From IMG/VR virus record IMGVR_UViG_3300025057_000006: 64,000 nucleotides of DNA, one strand, 5' to 3'. Position numbers and translations under genes: made by a program. The notes beneath the pieces were generated by a model. The model searched no databases, was not told the origin of the DNA, and saw only the letters and a list, made by a program, of their open reading frames with translations. Position 1 is the first letter of the stretch. Each line of letters starts with the position of its first letter. This document shows, one piece after another, positions 45,708-55,154 of the stretch. The DNA comes from an uncultured virus (IMG/VR IMGVR_UViG_3300025057_000006). Lineage: Duplodnaviria > Heunggongvirae > Uroviricota > Caudoviricetes.

Positions 45708-46715
45708 ATGACAATAAAACTTACAGATGCTGCAGAGTTTTTTAAAAAAGAAAAGCATCAAATTGAAGCCTGGAACTGGTTGCAGGGAAGAATTTCCCCA
45801 GGTGTTATTGATGAGTTTGCCATTCGTTATAGAGCAAAGAAAACAACACAAGACTTGAATACATGGGACGGAGTATATGAAGTTGCTAAAAAAGCAGGTA
45901 GTTTATTCCCCGAATGTGTTTGCGCTCAATGGGCGCTTGAATCTGGCTGGGGAAAACATTTCTCTGGTACTTGGAATGCATTTGGACTAAAAGGATCGGG
46001 AACTAGTGTTGACACACAAGAATTTATAAACGGAAAATGGGTGACCATTAAAGCAGGGTTTATTGATTTTCCTGATTTAAGCACTTGCATATATTATCTG
46101 GTAGATCGCTGGTATAAAGATTTTGGTAAATTTAAGGGCGTAAACAGAGCGAGTAGCAGAAATGATTGCGCTCGTTTACTTGTAAAAGAAGGATACGCCA
46201 CAGATCCCGACTATAGTACAAAATTAATACAGATAATGGATCGCCAACTTCAAACAATTGGCGAGAAGAAAGATGAGAAAAACCCACATAACAACAGTTT
46301 CTCCCCGTGGAGCCCATTTAACTATAAAGTTACTCCGCACATTGCATATGGGGAATTGACTTTAAATCAAGAAGCAAGGCGTTTTACCAAACAGTATCAG
46401 TGCGATACCGCAAAAGAAATTTGTTTTTTCCTAGAGAAAGCAAGAAAAGCATTTGGCGATAAACCTATTATTATCACAAGCGCATCAAGACCTGAACCTA
46501 TTAATCGCCAAGTTGGAGGAGCAAAGAACAGTGAGCACACATACAACGCACCGTTTAAAGGAGCAGTTGATTTTTATTTGGAAGGAGTGGATATTTACAA
46601 AGTTCAGTCTTGGTGTGACAAAAACTGGCCCTATAGCTTAGGCTATGGTGCGTCAAAAGGATTTGTCCATGTTGGGATTCGAGAAGGAAAACCGCGCGTC
46701 CGCTGGGATTACTGA
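45708..46715 (+). CDS. Endolysin: GH73 glucosaminidase plus peptidase M15
   Basis: AQWALESGWG...NAFGLKG...GYATDPDY; ITSASR...GGAKNSEH...AVD...FVHVG. Confidence 0.88.
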   Translation: MTIKLTDAAEFFKKEKHQIEAWNWLQGRISPGVIDEFAIRYRAKKTTQDLNTWDGVYEVAKKAGSLFPECVCAQWALESGWGKHFSGTWNAFGLKGSGTSVDTQEFINGKWVTIKAGFIDFPDLSTCIYYLVDRWYKDFGKFKGVNRASSRNDCARLLVKEGYATDPDYSTKLIQIMDRQLQTIGEKKDEKNPHNNSFSPWSPFNYKVTPHIAYGELTLNQEARRFTKQYQCDTAKEICFFLEKARKAFGDKPIIITSASRPEPINRQVGGAKNSEHTYNAPFKGAVDFYLEGVDIYKVQSWCDKNWPYSLGYGASKGFVHVGIREGKPRVRWDY

Positions 46716-46716
46716 G

Positions 46717-46878
46717 GTGAAAAAATACAAAGATCCACACATACGTGTAAATATTTGCTGGGAAGTTGGGAAAGAAAAAAAATGCGTAACACTTCCAAAA
46801 GCAGAAGCGTACGCAACAAGAGATTGGGTTGAAAAAAGGGGAGGAGTCTGTTTTTGGTTTCAGCCCCTTCCAGATTAA
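46717..46878 (+). CDS. Small hypothetical protein
   Basis: 3' part of the ORF-track entry 46645..46878; GTG right after the endolysin stop. Confidence 0.55.
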   Translation: MKKYKDPHIRVNICWEVGKEKKCVTLPKAEAYATRDWVEKRGGVCFWFQPLPD

Positions 46879-47043
46879 TCAGCGTTGTTTTGCACGCCCA
46901 ATAACAAGGGCTGCAATTTCAATCAATTTGTACAGCTTACCAACAAGCTTATCATCTGCTGGCGTAGGAGTAAGTGCCACAATGGCGGAAGCAGCCGCAT
47001 GAATAGCAAGCGCAACTTCTAAATACTGATTAAGATGGTCCAT
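46879..47043 (-). CDS. Small holin-like membrane protein (54 aa)
   Basis: Manual translation MDHLNQYLEVALAIHAAASAIVALTPTPADDKLVGKLYKLIEIAALVIGRAKQR; GGAG SD; TAGAAT 21 nt upstream. Confidence 0.7.
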   Translation of the reverse strand: MDHLNQYLEVALAIHAAASAIVALTPTPADDKLVGKLYKLIEIAALVIGRAKQR

Positions 47044-47500
47044 GACTCTCCAGGAGTTTCTTGTATTCTACCGCTGGATCTTTAAAGTAGTAAAATGAAT
47101 CGGCAGAAACTATATATTGCCAATCTTTCATTCCCTTTTTTTCAAACCATTTCAAATAAACACGTCTTTGTTTATCTTTTTCTATAGCATCAAACCAAAA
47201 CCATAAACCGTCATACCAAGGAATGTGTTCTTGAAAATCTTTCAACTTGGTAAAGGCCCAGGTCAGCGGTTTTGTTCCAGAGTGACCCGACATTGTATGT
47301 TTTAATTTGCGAGATCGTTTTGTATTACGACTATGCAACCAGTCGCTCAACTGTCGACGCGATTTACTGACACCTAAAACAACAAGCCATACACACGTAC
47401 TCCCAACATAAACCCAGGGTTTTGCAGTAACCGCAACCCATTCCTTGTTTCGTGTTTTTAAAATAAAACGTTTAATGCGACGTTTTGGCCTATACGTCAT
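47030..47500 (-). CDS. Hypothetical protein
   Basis: ORF track; start moved to ATG 47500. Confidence 0.7.
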   Translation of the reverse strand: MTYRPKRRIKRFILKTRNKEWVAVTAKPWVYVGSTCVWLVVLGVSKSRRQLSDWLHSRNTKRSRKLKHTMSGHSGTKPLTWAFTKLKDFQEHIPWYDGLWFWFDAIEKDKQRRVYLKWFEKKGMKDWQYIVSADSFYYFKDPAVEYKKLLESHGPS

Positions 47501-47618
47501 AGATTTTACAAGCGTTTGCGCTTGGGTTATTTTTGCAATATAGCCCAAACGATTGCTGCGTAGTGTTCGATTTTGTTTTACGACTTAAAAAAGATTTTAA
47601 AAGAAAAAGAAAATTCAT
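47490..47618 (-). CDS. CP12-like miniprotein (C-terminal Cys-x8-Cys module only), 42 aa
   Basis: Manual translation ending FGLYCKNNPSANACKIYDV; ATGA-coupled to the upstream gene. Confidence 0.65.
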   Translation of the reverse strand: MNFLFLLKSFLSRKTKSNTTQQSFGLYCKNNPSANACKIYDV

Positions 47619-48358
47619 GGCTGTGTTGTTAAAGGAACTAAGACAGCTGGAAAACGCTGATCTTGTGGGTGTTCACGTTCCCATGCCGTCACCCATTCAG
47701 ATAAAGAATGAGAGTGAAGATCATTAGAAGCAAAATTTTCTGTTACATCTGCAACGATAAAACTTGGATCAGTATTTTCATACAATAAATACGAATAATC
47801 TTCTGTCAACAAATTAAAGTCAGTAGTTGGAAACTCAATGACTACAGCAACTTCATAATCAAGAGGTTCATTGCGAGTTGTGGAAACACATAAAAGATAT
47901 GAACCCGTATCCAATGGGAAATAAAGATTGTTACCCAAATCAACTCGATTTGGATCAAAATTATTGTAAAAGTTAGAGCCAGCACTCATGACGTGCCCCG
48001 TATATGGGTTGTATGGAGTACCGTCAATTGTAGAAACAAGACTGTCCGCATCAAAAATTGCGCGTTCTTGAATTGGATTCAAATTCAAATCATAAGTAGA
48101 TACTTGAATATATTGAGGTCGTATACCACCTTTTGCAACAATAATCCAAGCAGGAGAAGTGATGTTGAATTGAAACCAATGATTGTAAGAACCGCCGCCA
48201 AAACCACCATTGGAATTAAAACGAGTATCAGCCCTTCCGACGATTTGGTTTTTAGGTCCCAAAGCACCTTTTAAATAACGTATAGAAAGCTGAGAAAAAG
48301 TACCAACAACGAGGGGACTGTCTTGTGTTCTTTGTCTTTGTGATTGAGAAACACGCAT
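47615..48358 (-). CDS. Hypothetical beta-rich protein
   Basis: ORF track 247 aa. Confidence 0.8.
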   Translation of the reverse strand: MRVSQSQRQRTQDSPLVVGTFSQLSIRYLKGALGPKNQIVGRADTRFNSNGGFGGGSYNHWFQFNITSPAWIIVAKGGIRPQYIQVSTYDLNLNPIQERAIFDADSLVSTIDGTPYNPYTGHVMSAGSNFYNNFDPNRVDLGNNLYFPLDTGSYLLCVSTTRNEPLDYEVAVVIEFPTTDFNLLTEDYSYLLYENTDPSFIVADVTENFASNDLHSHSLSEWVTAWEREHPQDQRFPAVLVPLTTQP

Positions 48359-48381
48359 TATCTTGACTTTTATTTAGTATT

Positions 48382-49044
48382 TTACTCCGTCGTTTCTTTG
48401 TGTTGTAAAGGATGTGAAATTGTCTTTTTGAAGTCTCTTTCAGTAAGAACTACATTATCTTTATTAGATCCATAAACCATCAGTTTCTCGGCAACAAATG
48501 TTGTTTCAAATGGAGAAATTGTATTTGGTGGAAACAGGCGATTCCAGCTGGAAATAAGATGTAAAGGATTGCAGCACAAAGGGTTTCCGCAAAGCCTGGT
48601 AACCACCATCGAGCCGATGTCACCCCAAGCGCATTGATAAACTGCTTTATGTGCAGTAACGTTTTCAGCTTTTTGATGACTATAAGAAGAGCGATAAGAA
48701 GGGAAGCAAACGCGTCGAGGAGAATAACGACTGCTGTGTTTTAATGGCCAACAATCATCAACGTCTTTAATGTCAATTTTTGCCCAGAGTTTTTGGTATT
48801 TAATTTTATATTCAACGTTTAAATAATTTAAATCAAATCCACAGACATTAGACAGAATTTTCTTAACGCAAAAGTAGCACCAGTGGTTTTTTGAATCCCG
48901 GATGTGATGGTTGTGGGGACAAACAAAACCCCTGTAATAACCATGGTTTTCAAGTTCTGTATCACTAAGTTGCTCAATGTTTTTTATATATCTAAATCCC
49001 GTTTCCTCTAGAGATTGTTTGATGTTTCTGTAGATGTTTGCCAT
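48382..49044 (-). CDS. His-Me finger / Zn-binding endonuclease-like protein
   Basis: CW...AHKAVY...RLCGNPLCCNPLHL. Confidence 0.7.
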   Translation of the reverse strand: MANIYRNIKQSLEETGFRYIKNIEQLSDTELENHGYYRGFVCPHNHHIRDSKNHWCYFCVKKILSNVCGFDLNYLNVEYKIKYQKLWAKIDIKDVDDCWPLKHSSRYSPRRVCFPSYRSSYSHQKAENVTAHKAVYQCAWGDIGSMVVTRLCGNPLCCNPLHLISSWNRLFPPNTISPFETTFVAEKLMVYGSNKDNVVLTERDFKKTISHPLQHKETTE

Positions 49045-49045
49045 G

Positions 49046-49369
49046 TCAGGAAAAACGATTGCTTATGGGAACCGCTATCAGTTCCATCCTGTTGTCTTTT
49101 GTTTTATTTGTATCACGGTGAACAATGTCATAACCTTCAATAGGTGTTTTGTGTCGCATGAGATACACAATGCGATGCGCTAAGTAGCGCTGGTTATCCA
49201 CGCTCACCAAATAGAAGGAGTTAGAGCGGTTCAATCTCCCAGCCTGGTCCCCCCGCTTTTGCTTACCACGGGCAGTGTTATGGGCAAGGCCACTGGGGTA
49301 CTGCTCCGATAGCGAGAAGAGCTCTTCCAGCCTCCAGAGGGGCGGCAGAGGGGTGTGACGAGATCCCAT
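49046..49369 (-). CDS. HNH homing-endonuclease-like protein
   Basis: YLAHRIVY...IVHRDTNKTKDNR; start moved to ATG 49369. Confidence 0.7.
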   Translation of the reverse strand: MGSRHTPLPPLWRLEELFSLSEQYPSGLAHNTARGKQKRGDQAGRLNRSNSFYLVSVDNQRYLAHRIVYLMRHKTPIEGYDIVHRDTNKTKDNRMELIAVPISNRFS

Positions 49370-49400
49370 GGTGAAACGCGAATGAGAGAAGATTAGCAGT

Positions 49401-49594
49401 AAAACAGAGAATGTGACACAAAAACAGAGAATAGGTATTGATTTTCTTTTATATCCCCTAAATGACGCCGTTGTCACAAAGTGTACGTACTTTATTTCTC
49501 TTTGCTTTTTGCCGGAACTTTTCAACATTACACCATTAACCCAAAGTGTAATCTGCTAGCTCTAGGGTACGTACGGCACTTATTCTCTGTTTTT
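49401..49594. repeat. Direct and inverted repeats in non-coding DNA; candidate replication origin
   Basis: AAAACAGAGAAT at 49401 and 49421, inverted at 49582-49593; GTACGTAC at 49483 and 49567. Confidence 0.5.
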
Positions 49595-49652
49595 CTGCAT
49601 CTCATTCTCAGAATCTCTGCACCCCTAGGCTCCACTTGGTAGCAAGACAAAC

Positions 49653-49676
49653 AAAAACCCCCGCCGAAGCAGGGGT
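49653..49676 (-). terminator. Intrinsic terminator
   Basis: ACCCCTGC-TTCG-GCGGGGGT plus T run on the minus strand, after the GT4 gene. Confidence 0.75.
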
Positions 49677-49700
49677 GACAATTGCCGAATTGGCCAAAGT

Positions 49701-50963
49701 TTAGGCAGTTACTAACTCTTTTTTCTTTTTCTTGTTTTTGGTTTTGGGTTTGACAATGCGTGGAGCCTCCTCAGCCTTGGCTAGAACCTCCTGGAAGGTC
49801 TCATCAAACTGGTTGGCGATGGTCTCCCAATCGAAGCAAAGATCCGTGACACGGTCGTAGCAAGCCTGTGCGACTTGATCGAGCTTGTCGCGGTTTTCGT
49901 ATAGGTCAGCAAGGATGGCAGCCAGATGGTTGTCATCAGGGCAGGGCATGATGCGACCAAAATTGGTGTCAACATCAGCGTGAAGGGAGCGGATCAACTC
50001 ACCTGTACCCTCAAAAATCTCTTTACAGGATGTGTGATCAGGCACCACCTGGGCCACACGGCAAGCTGCATGCTCAAAATTAACAAGACCCCATCCCTCT
50101 CCCTTGCAAGTGTTAACGCCTACATCAGCTACGTTATAGATTGTATTGAGCATCTCAACTGGTACAGAAGGTGGATGTTCATGCGGAGTAGTCATAATGA
50201 TCCGATTGTTAGGGTCCAGACCTTGCCGCATCATTTCACGAGCAAATAACGGCATGACATCCCAGCCTTGATCTTTCATCCCCATGTGAAGGTAGAGTTT
50301 TGTATCTGGGCGGTTGATTGCAAATTTTGCAAAGGCACTAATTGTGATATCAATACGTTTGCGGAATTGATTTCGATTTCCATTGAAAACAATAAAATCA
50401 TTGGGGTCCAGCCCCAGCTCCTTACGGGCTTTTGCCTTATCAACAGGGTAGAACTGTTTAGGCGTCATGCCATGTGGAATAACAGTAATCGGAACCCTGG
50501 CACCAGAATTGATTGTTTCTTGCGCACCAAATTCGGTGTAGCAGATTGCCGCGTCCCAATCGTTAAGCGTATCAACTAGAACGCCATACCATTCATAGGA
50601 ATCCATCGGATAGTATCCGACAAATTTGAATTTGAGTTGGTCACGCAAATCGGCAATACGCCGCCATTGTTCATTAATAATCCAGCTGTCGTTAATAGTA
50701 AAAACTACATCAGGTTGGATGCGCTCAACAATTTCACGGATACGATCTTCTCCAAAGGGGGCTTGCTGGAACCGATTGGAGGCAGGATACATGAAATATT
50801 CTTCCTGCAATGGCGTGTAATCTCCATGCCAATTGCATCCCAACACATGAATTTCATACCTATCTTTTAACTTGCTTAAAACATTCTCGGTCACACGAGC
50901 AAAACCAGTGGTGGCAACAATATCGCCAATCCACAAAAGCTTAGGTTTGTTGTCAGTCATCAT
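49701..50963 (-). CDS. GT-B (GT4-like) glycosyltransferase
   Basis: TTGFARV, RNQFRKRID, GEGWGLVNFEHAAC. Confidence 0.88.
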   Translation of the reverse strand: MMTDNKPKLLWIGDIVATTGFARVTENVLSKLKDRYEIHVLGCNWHGDYTPLQEEYFMYPASNRFQQAPFGEDRIREIVERIQPDVVFTINDSWIINEQWRRIADLRDQLKFKFVGYYPMDSYEWYGVLVDTLNDWDAAICYTEFGAQETINSGARVPITVIPHGMTPKQFYPVDKAKARKELGLDPNDFIVFNGNRNQFRKRIDITISAFAKFAINRPDTKLYLHMGMKDQGWDVMPLFAREMMRQGLDPNNRIIMTTPHEHPPSVPVEMLNTIYNVADVGVNTCKGEGWGLVNFEHAACRVAQVVPDHTSCKEIFEGTGELIRSLHADVDTNFGRIMPCPDDNHLAAILADLYENRDKLDQVAQACYDRVTDLCFDWETIANQFDETFQEVLAKAEEAPRIVKPKTKNKKKKKELVTA

Positions 50964-50983
50964 TAATTCATTGACTGACAATA

Positions 50984-51343
50984 CTATACATATTCAACAG
51001 CAGTTATTGAACGAACTAACTCTTTTTCTTCTGTAGTTTTTGCTTTAAGTTTAAATTTTAAAAATTCCGCCGCCTTATGTGAGTTTGTTGTATTTCCACA
51101 TGTATAGAGGTCAACAGCTGCGTAGCCAATTTCTGGCCAGGTGTGAATTGAGCAGTGCGACTCGGCAAGCAGAGCCAGTAAAGTCACACCCTGCGGCTTA
51201 AATTTTTCACCAATAATCCGCAAGATGCGTGCATTAGACATTTGCAGCGCCACCTGCATCAGCTCCTCTAGAGCATTGTAATCATCTAGTAATTGCTTAT
51301 CGCAATCGTAGAGATCAAGAATAAGGTGACGCCCGTTACTCAA
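50984..51343 (-). CDS. speD: S-adenosylmethionine decarboxylase proenzyme
   Basis: GRHLILDL...PQGVT...LAESHCSIHTWPE...DLYTCG. Confidence 0.93.
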   Translation of the reverse strand: MSNGRHLILDLYDCDKQLLDDYNALEELMQVALQMSNARILRIIGEKFKPQGVTLLALLAESHCSIHTWPEIGYAAVDLYTCGNTTNSHKAAEFLKFKLKAKTTEEKELVRSITAVEYV

Positions 51344-53973
51344 TTTACTTTTTCAAGTTCTTCTATTCTTGCATCATTTTTCTTAAATAGTGTTTCACCG
51401 TAAAACTCTTTCCATTTTTCTTTGTCCATCCCAACTTCCACAATTGACGGATAGTCCGCATATTTTGTTTTGTTTGAATCACGGACAGCAATGTTGATAA
51501 CACGAATGCCACGCGCTTGTTTCATTTTGTAAACGTTCAGTCCAAGCTGGTGAACGCATACGTCCATTACCAAGGACTCGAATCGACTACGACCCAAGAT
51601 ATTACTGTTGCTGCCACGAGAAAATTCGCAGTAGCTTGCATATAACCATTCATCCCAATGGGAGTAAATATAGGTTGTGCCTGCGCTTGTCTTAGCCAAA
51701 CCAATAGCACTGGAAATACCAGGATCAAAGACAACACAATGACTCATCCAGTCCATGATTTGGTTGGACTTAAGGATTTGTTCTTGGTGGTGACGAGCAA
51801 AAAACTCAACTTTTTTATTGGTCTCCATCAGATATTCCCGCATCTCGGCCTCAGACATTTCAAGAACCCAGTTCACAAGACCTGGAAGCATGGAGGCAAA
51901 TTCACCAAATGGTTTGCCCTTATCATCCATATCAATAAGTGTTTTTTGTTCTGCAGAAGAGCCAGTGAACGGGCGATCAAAAGGAATTGTCAAACGACGG
52001 CGTGCCAAACCAGAGGTAGGGTCTGTTGTTTGAATTGGTTCATTAGCAGTAATCATGACAAGACCATTGAACTTAAATGGCTTTTGACTGCCAGACTGGA
52101 ACTTTCGTTCGTTACGAATTAAGTCCCGACCGGTGATTGCTTTAAGAACAGAGACAGAGCCGCCATAACGCTCCACATCATTAAAGAGCAGCAACTTTTT
52201 CTTATATAGATTTGAAGTTTCAAAACGATTTTTTTCTAGATGCTCCAAAGAAGAGATCATTGCATTGTCGTCCCCAACCAAAGCATGAGCAAGATTGGAG
52301 TAGGTGGACTTACCCGATTTACCTGGGCCGACAATTTCAACAAACTTTTGAACTTCTGAATGTCCCAAGAGAACAGCACGCAACCATGCACGAAGAACCT
52401 GAGTACGTCCCCAGTGCTGGTCTTGTGTTGATTTCAACCACTTAATGATTGGTTCACATTCTGCATAAGGATCGTAGTCATAGGGCAACTGTTGAGTCAT
52501 ATAGAGTTCTTTTTTGAACTCAGTCAACTCCTTTGTTTCAACGTGGAGAATTCCATTGGTAAAGAGAAGTAAGTCATTGCCTTCATACCACTCATCAAAG
52601 ATGGTGCAAATTTTGAGCTGTTCAAGAACATCATTGATCATCTTCATCCCATAGCCATTGGGCAAGATTTCATCTTTGATTTGCTCTAATTTGTTTTTAA
52701 GATCACCTTTGATTTCCGTGTCTGACAATTGAGACCATAGCCCCTTGCTTTTATATTCGTAAATAAAGAAGGTGTTATGCGCCTGGCTGAAATGCAAATT
52801 ATCTCTATATTGCTGCAATACAACATCAGCAATCACATCATAAGAAGGATTGGAAGGCTTATCTTTTTTGGTTTTTGTTTTTGACTGGGGCTTGACATCA
52901 GATGCTTGCCATTCAACTTTTTCAATAACAGGTGAAGTCTTTGGTTTTATGTTCAAATCAGCTTCTAATTCTTCTAGAAGTTTTGACACGTGATCAAGAG
53001 TTTCATCGGGGACATTTAACGCTTTATATTCCTGTTGCTCTAATGGAGGTTTCCATCCATGCTCCTGCGCGATGTGCAATAAGGTGCCCAAGCCACGGCC
53101 ACCATCTTTACTAAAGGACATCCATCGTTTATGGCACTCTCCATCTTTGTATTTATCAGACTGACGCGACCATTTATCCCATTCATCCAACAAAGAATCG
53201 TCTAGTTGATGTAGAACTTGACCAACGGTAATCCATGTGTCGTAGTCATCTGCGGCATCAGGACCCATTCCCCACATGCCATCGACCGCAAGTTTCATGT
53301 CGCGGTCAAGATCAATAACGGTATTGATGGCAAACCCTGGGCCGATGCGACGACTTACTTCTTTGGCTGGCTTACCTTGCTTAACGTTTTTATTAATAAT
53401 CAAATTCAAAAGCCAGTCTGGGAAGTCGGGAATTTCATCTACCCATTCAAATCCCATGCTTTCAGCAGTGTAATAGCCTTCTGTTTCAGGGTGCAAACCC
53501 ATCAACACACCCTGGTGCTTACACCAAAGAATTTCTAGTTTTTCTAAGTTGCCCTCGGCTTGCCAGGCATATTTATTGCGAACAAAATGCTTTTGCTTTT
53601 CACGAGGAACCTTATATAGCCTGCGCTCTCGTCCGACCTTACCACTACAAATAGTCAGTGTTGGTGGGAGTGCTTCATTAAGTACATCTGTATTTGATAG
53701 CTCTGCGATGAGTTTATAAACGGTTGGGCCATCGATATCAACCCAAACAAAACCGAAGGGATGATTAAAGACAGGCCCAGACAACAGTCCAACCGCCTTG
53801 CATTTTCCAAGGATAATTTGTTCTTCAATATCTTTTACGGTGAAGGGTTTGTTCTGCCAACCAGCAGTATAGGGATCCTTGTTGGCACCCAACGGGGTGA
53901 GCGGCCAATCAATAGGGATGTAATCGAGCCTAATTTCTCCAGGCTTCAGAGCTTGCTGGTTCTTACTGGTCAT
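51340..53973 (-). CDS. Primase-polymerase / PriCT-2 / D5-like SF3 helicase
   Basis: VDID prim-pol motif; DDYDTWITVG PriCT-2; GPGKSGKST Walker A; MITAN motif C. Confidence 0.9.
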   Translation of the reverse strand: MTSKNQQALKPGEIRLDYIPIDWPLTPLGANKDPYTAGWQNKPFTVKDIEEQIILGKCKAVGLLSGPVFNHPFGFVWVDIDGPTVYKLIAELSNTDVLNEALPPTLTICSGKVGRERRLYKVPREKQKHFVRNKYAWQAEGNLEKLEILWCKHQGVLMGLHPETEGYYTAESMGFEWVDEIPDFPDWLLNLIINKNVKQGKPAKEVSRRIGPGFAINTVIDLDRDMKLAVDGMWGMGPDAADDYDTWITVGQVLHQLDDSLLDEWDKWSRQSDKYKDGECHKRWMSFSKDGGRGLGTLLHIAQEHGWKPPLEQQEYKALNVPDETLDHVSKLLEELEADLNIKPKTSPVIEKVEWQASDVKPQSKTKTKKDKPSNPSYDVIADVVLQQYRDNLHFSQAHNTFFIYEYKSKGLWSQLSDTEIKGDLKNKLEQIKDEILPNGYGMKMINDVLEQLKICTIFDEWYEGNDLLLFTNGILHVETKELTEFKKELYMTQQLPYDYDPYAECEPIIKWLKSTQDQHWGRTQVLRAWLRAVLLGHSEVQKFVEIVGPGKSGKSTYSNLAHALVGDDNAMISSLEHLEKNRFETSNLYKKKLLLFNDVERYGGSVSVLKAITGRDLIRNERKFQSGSQKPFKFNGLVMITANEPIQTTDPTSGLARRRLTIPFDRPFTGSSAEQKTLIDMDDKGKPFGEFASMLPGLVNWVLEMSEAEMREYLMETNKKVEFFARHHQEQILKSNQIMDWMSHCVVFDPGISSAIGLAKTSAGTTYIYSHWDEWLYASYCEFSRGSNSNILGRSRFESLVMDVCVHQLGLNVYKMKQARGIRVINIAVRDSNKTKYADYPSIVEVGMDKEKWKEFYGETLFKKNDARIEELEKVN

Positions 53974-54154
53974 GAATCCCTTCCTGTTTTACTAACACTT
54001 TAAAGTCTCTGTGAGAGAAAAAGTCCTCTTTTAAAATTAGAAAAGCATGAAGATGCATGGTGGTGGGCAGGCAAAAACAATCCCCATCAGCCGCATTTGA
54101 CATGAGGCTTTGGAGAGTCTGCATCCACTCACCCACAGAAACGTGGATGTCCAT
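53963..54154 (-). CDS. Hypothetical protein
   Basis: ORF track 63 aa; TAGGAT 23 nt upstream. Confidence 0.7.
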   Translation of the reverse strand: MDIHVSVGEWMQTLQSLMSNAADGDCFCLPTTMHLHAFLILKEDFFSHRDFKVLVKQEGIHDQ

Positions 54155-54225
54155 GGAGGTGATTTGAGTGTCTCTTTATCCTACGGTGACCAATCCAGAG
54201 AGAGTCCCAAGATATTGTTAAATCA

Positions 54226-54405
54226 CTAAGACTTATTAGACTCAAGTTTTTTATATTTGTTTCGTTTATCTATTGAATTGAAGTCATCCATAATTCTGTT
54301 ATAGATTGCGACAGCGTCTTCTTTTGTTACAACAGCTTGCTCACAGGCAATTGTCCATGCTAAACGCTTACGGCATTCCATCGGACTTTGGGGGTTGCGG
54401 TTCAT
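54226..54405 (-). CDS. Small hypothetical protein (59 aa)
   Basis: Manual translation MNRNPQSPMECRKRLAWTIACEQ... Confidence 0.55.
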   Translation of the reverse strand: MNRNPQSPMECRKRLAWTIACEQAVVTKEDAVAIYNRIMDDFNSIDKRNKYKKLESNKS

Positions 54406-54649
54406 CAGTATACCAAGGCGCTTTTAATTCGATTGCTCCACCCAGTTTTGCTGACTCCCCAGGCTGGAGCACTGGGTCAATGGGATGTTCAATGTAGATT
54501 GGCTTGTTTTGTTTCTCTAGTTCTAACTCAGACTCGACTCGATTTTGCAATTCAATCATATCAAGCCTGGCTTTTAATTTTGATTCAAACCATAGTCTTT
54601 TTAACCAGTCAATAAAATATTTTACAAGAGAAGAAAAAAAGCTAGACAT
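54368..54649 (-). CDS. Hypothetical protein
   Basis: 3' part of the ORF-track entry 54368..54814; start moved to ATG 54649. Confidence 0.65.
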   Translation of the reverse strand: MSSFFSSLVKYFIDWLKRLWFESKLKARLDMIELQNRVESELELEKQNKPIYIEHPIDPVLQPGESAKLGGAIELKAPWYTDEPQPPKSDGMP

Positions 54650-54686
54650 ACGCCGTTTAAAATAAATAAAGATTCTTTTATTGTAG

Positions 54687-55154
54687 ATGCTTATTCGAGG
54701 ACCGGGTTTTGCCGAACCCCAAGGCACACTACTTGACAAATATGGCGAATTGATTGAAAGATTAAGGGAAAGCAAAGGAACACAAAGAAGGGATTTAGTA
54801 CGCAGCGTACCCAAAAAAGATCGTAGAGAAGTTCGACAGGCAGCTCGTTCAAATCGAGCAGAAACACGTCAAGAAAGGCGTCAAGAAAGGCGTCCCGCCC
54901 CTGAGCCTCCAGCACGGCGAGAACCACCCACTCCTCCAGCACGGCGAGAACCACCCACTCCTCCAGCACGGCGAGAACCACCCACTCCTCCAAAACGTCC
55001 TACTTTTCCAGTAGGCTACCCGACAGGGCCATCAATGCCTGGCTATCCAACAGCACCACCAAGGCCTGGCTATCCAACAATGTCCGGTTATCCAACAGCA
55101 CCTACACGCCCTAGCTACCCAACAAACCCTGGTGCCCAACAACCTGTTTTTTAA
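54687..55154 (+). CDS. Arg/Pro-rich repeat protein
   Basis: PPARREPPT x3 and PGYPT-type repeats; TAAAAT 23 nt upstream. Confidence 0.7.
   Translation: MLIRGPGFAEPQGTLLDKYGELIERLRESKGTQRRDLVRSVPKKDRREVRQAARSNRAETRQERRQERRPAPEPPARREPPTPPARREPPTPPARREPPTPPKRPTFPVGYPTGPSMPGYPTAPPRPGYPTMSGYPTAPTRPSYPTNPGAQQPVF
54906..54992 (+). repeat. Perfect 27-bp tandem repeat x3.2
   Basis: CCTCCAGCACGGCGAGAACCACCCACT x3 plus CCTCCA. Confidence 0.95.

Noticed and set aside
54906..54992. 27-bp repeats as a CRISPR array
   Set aside because: Head-to-tail with no spacers, in frame within a coding region; no cas operon
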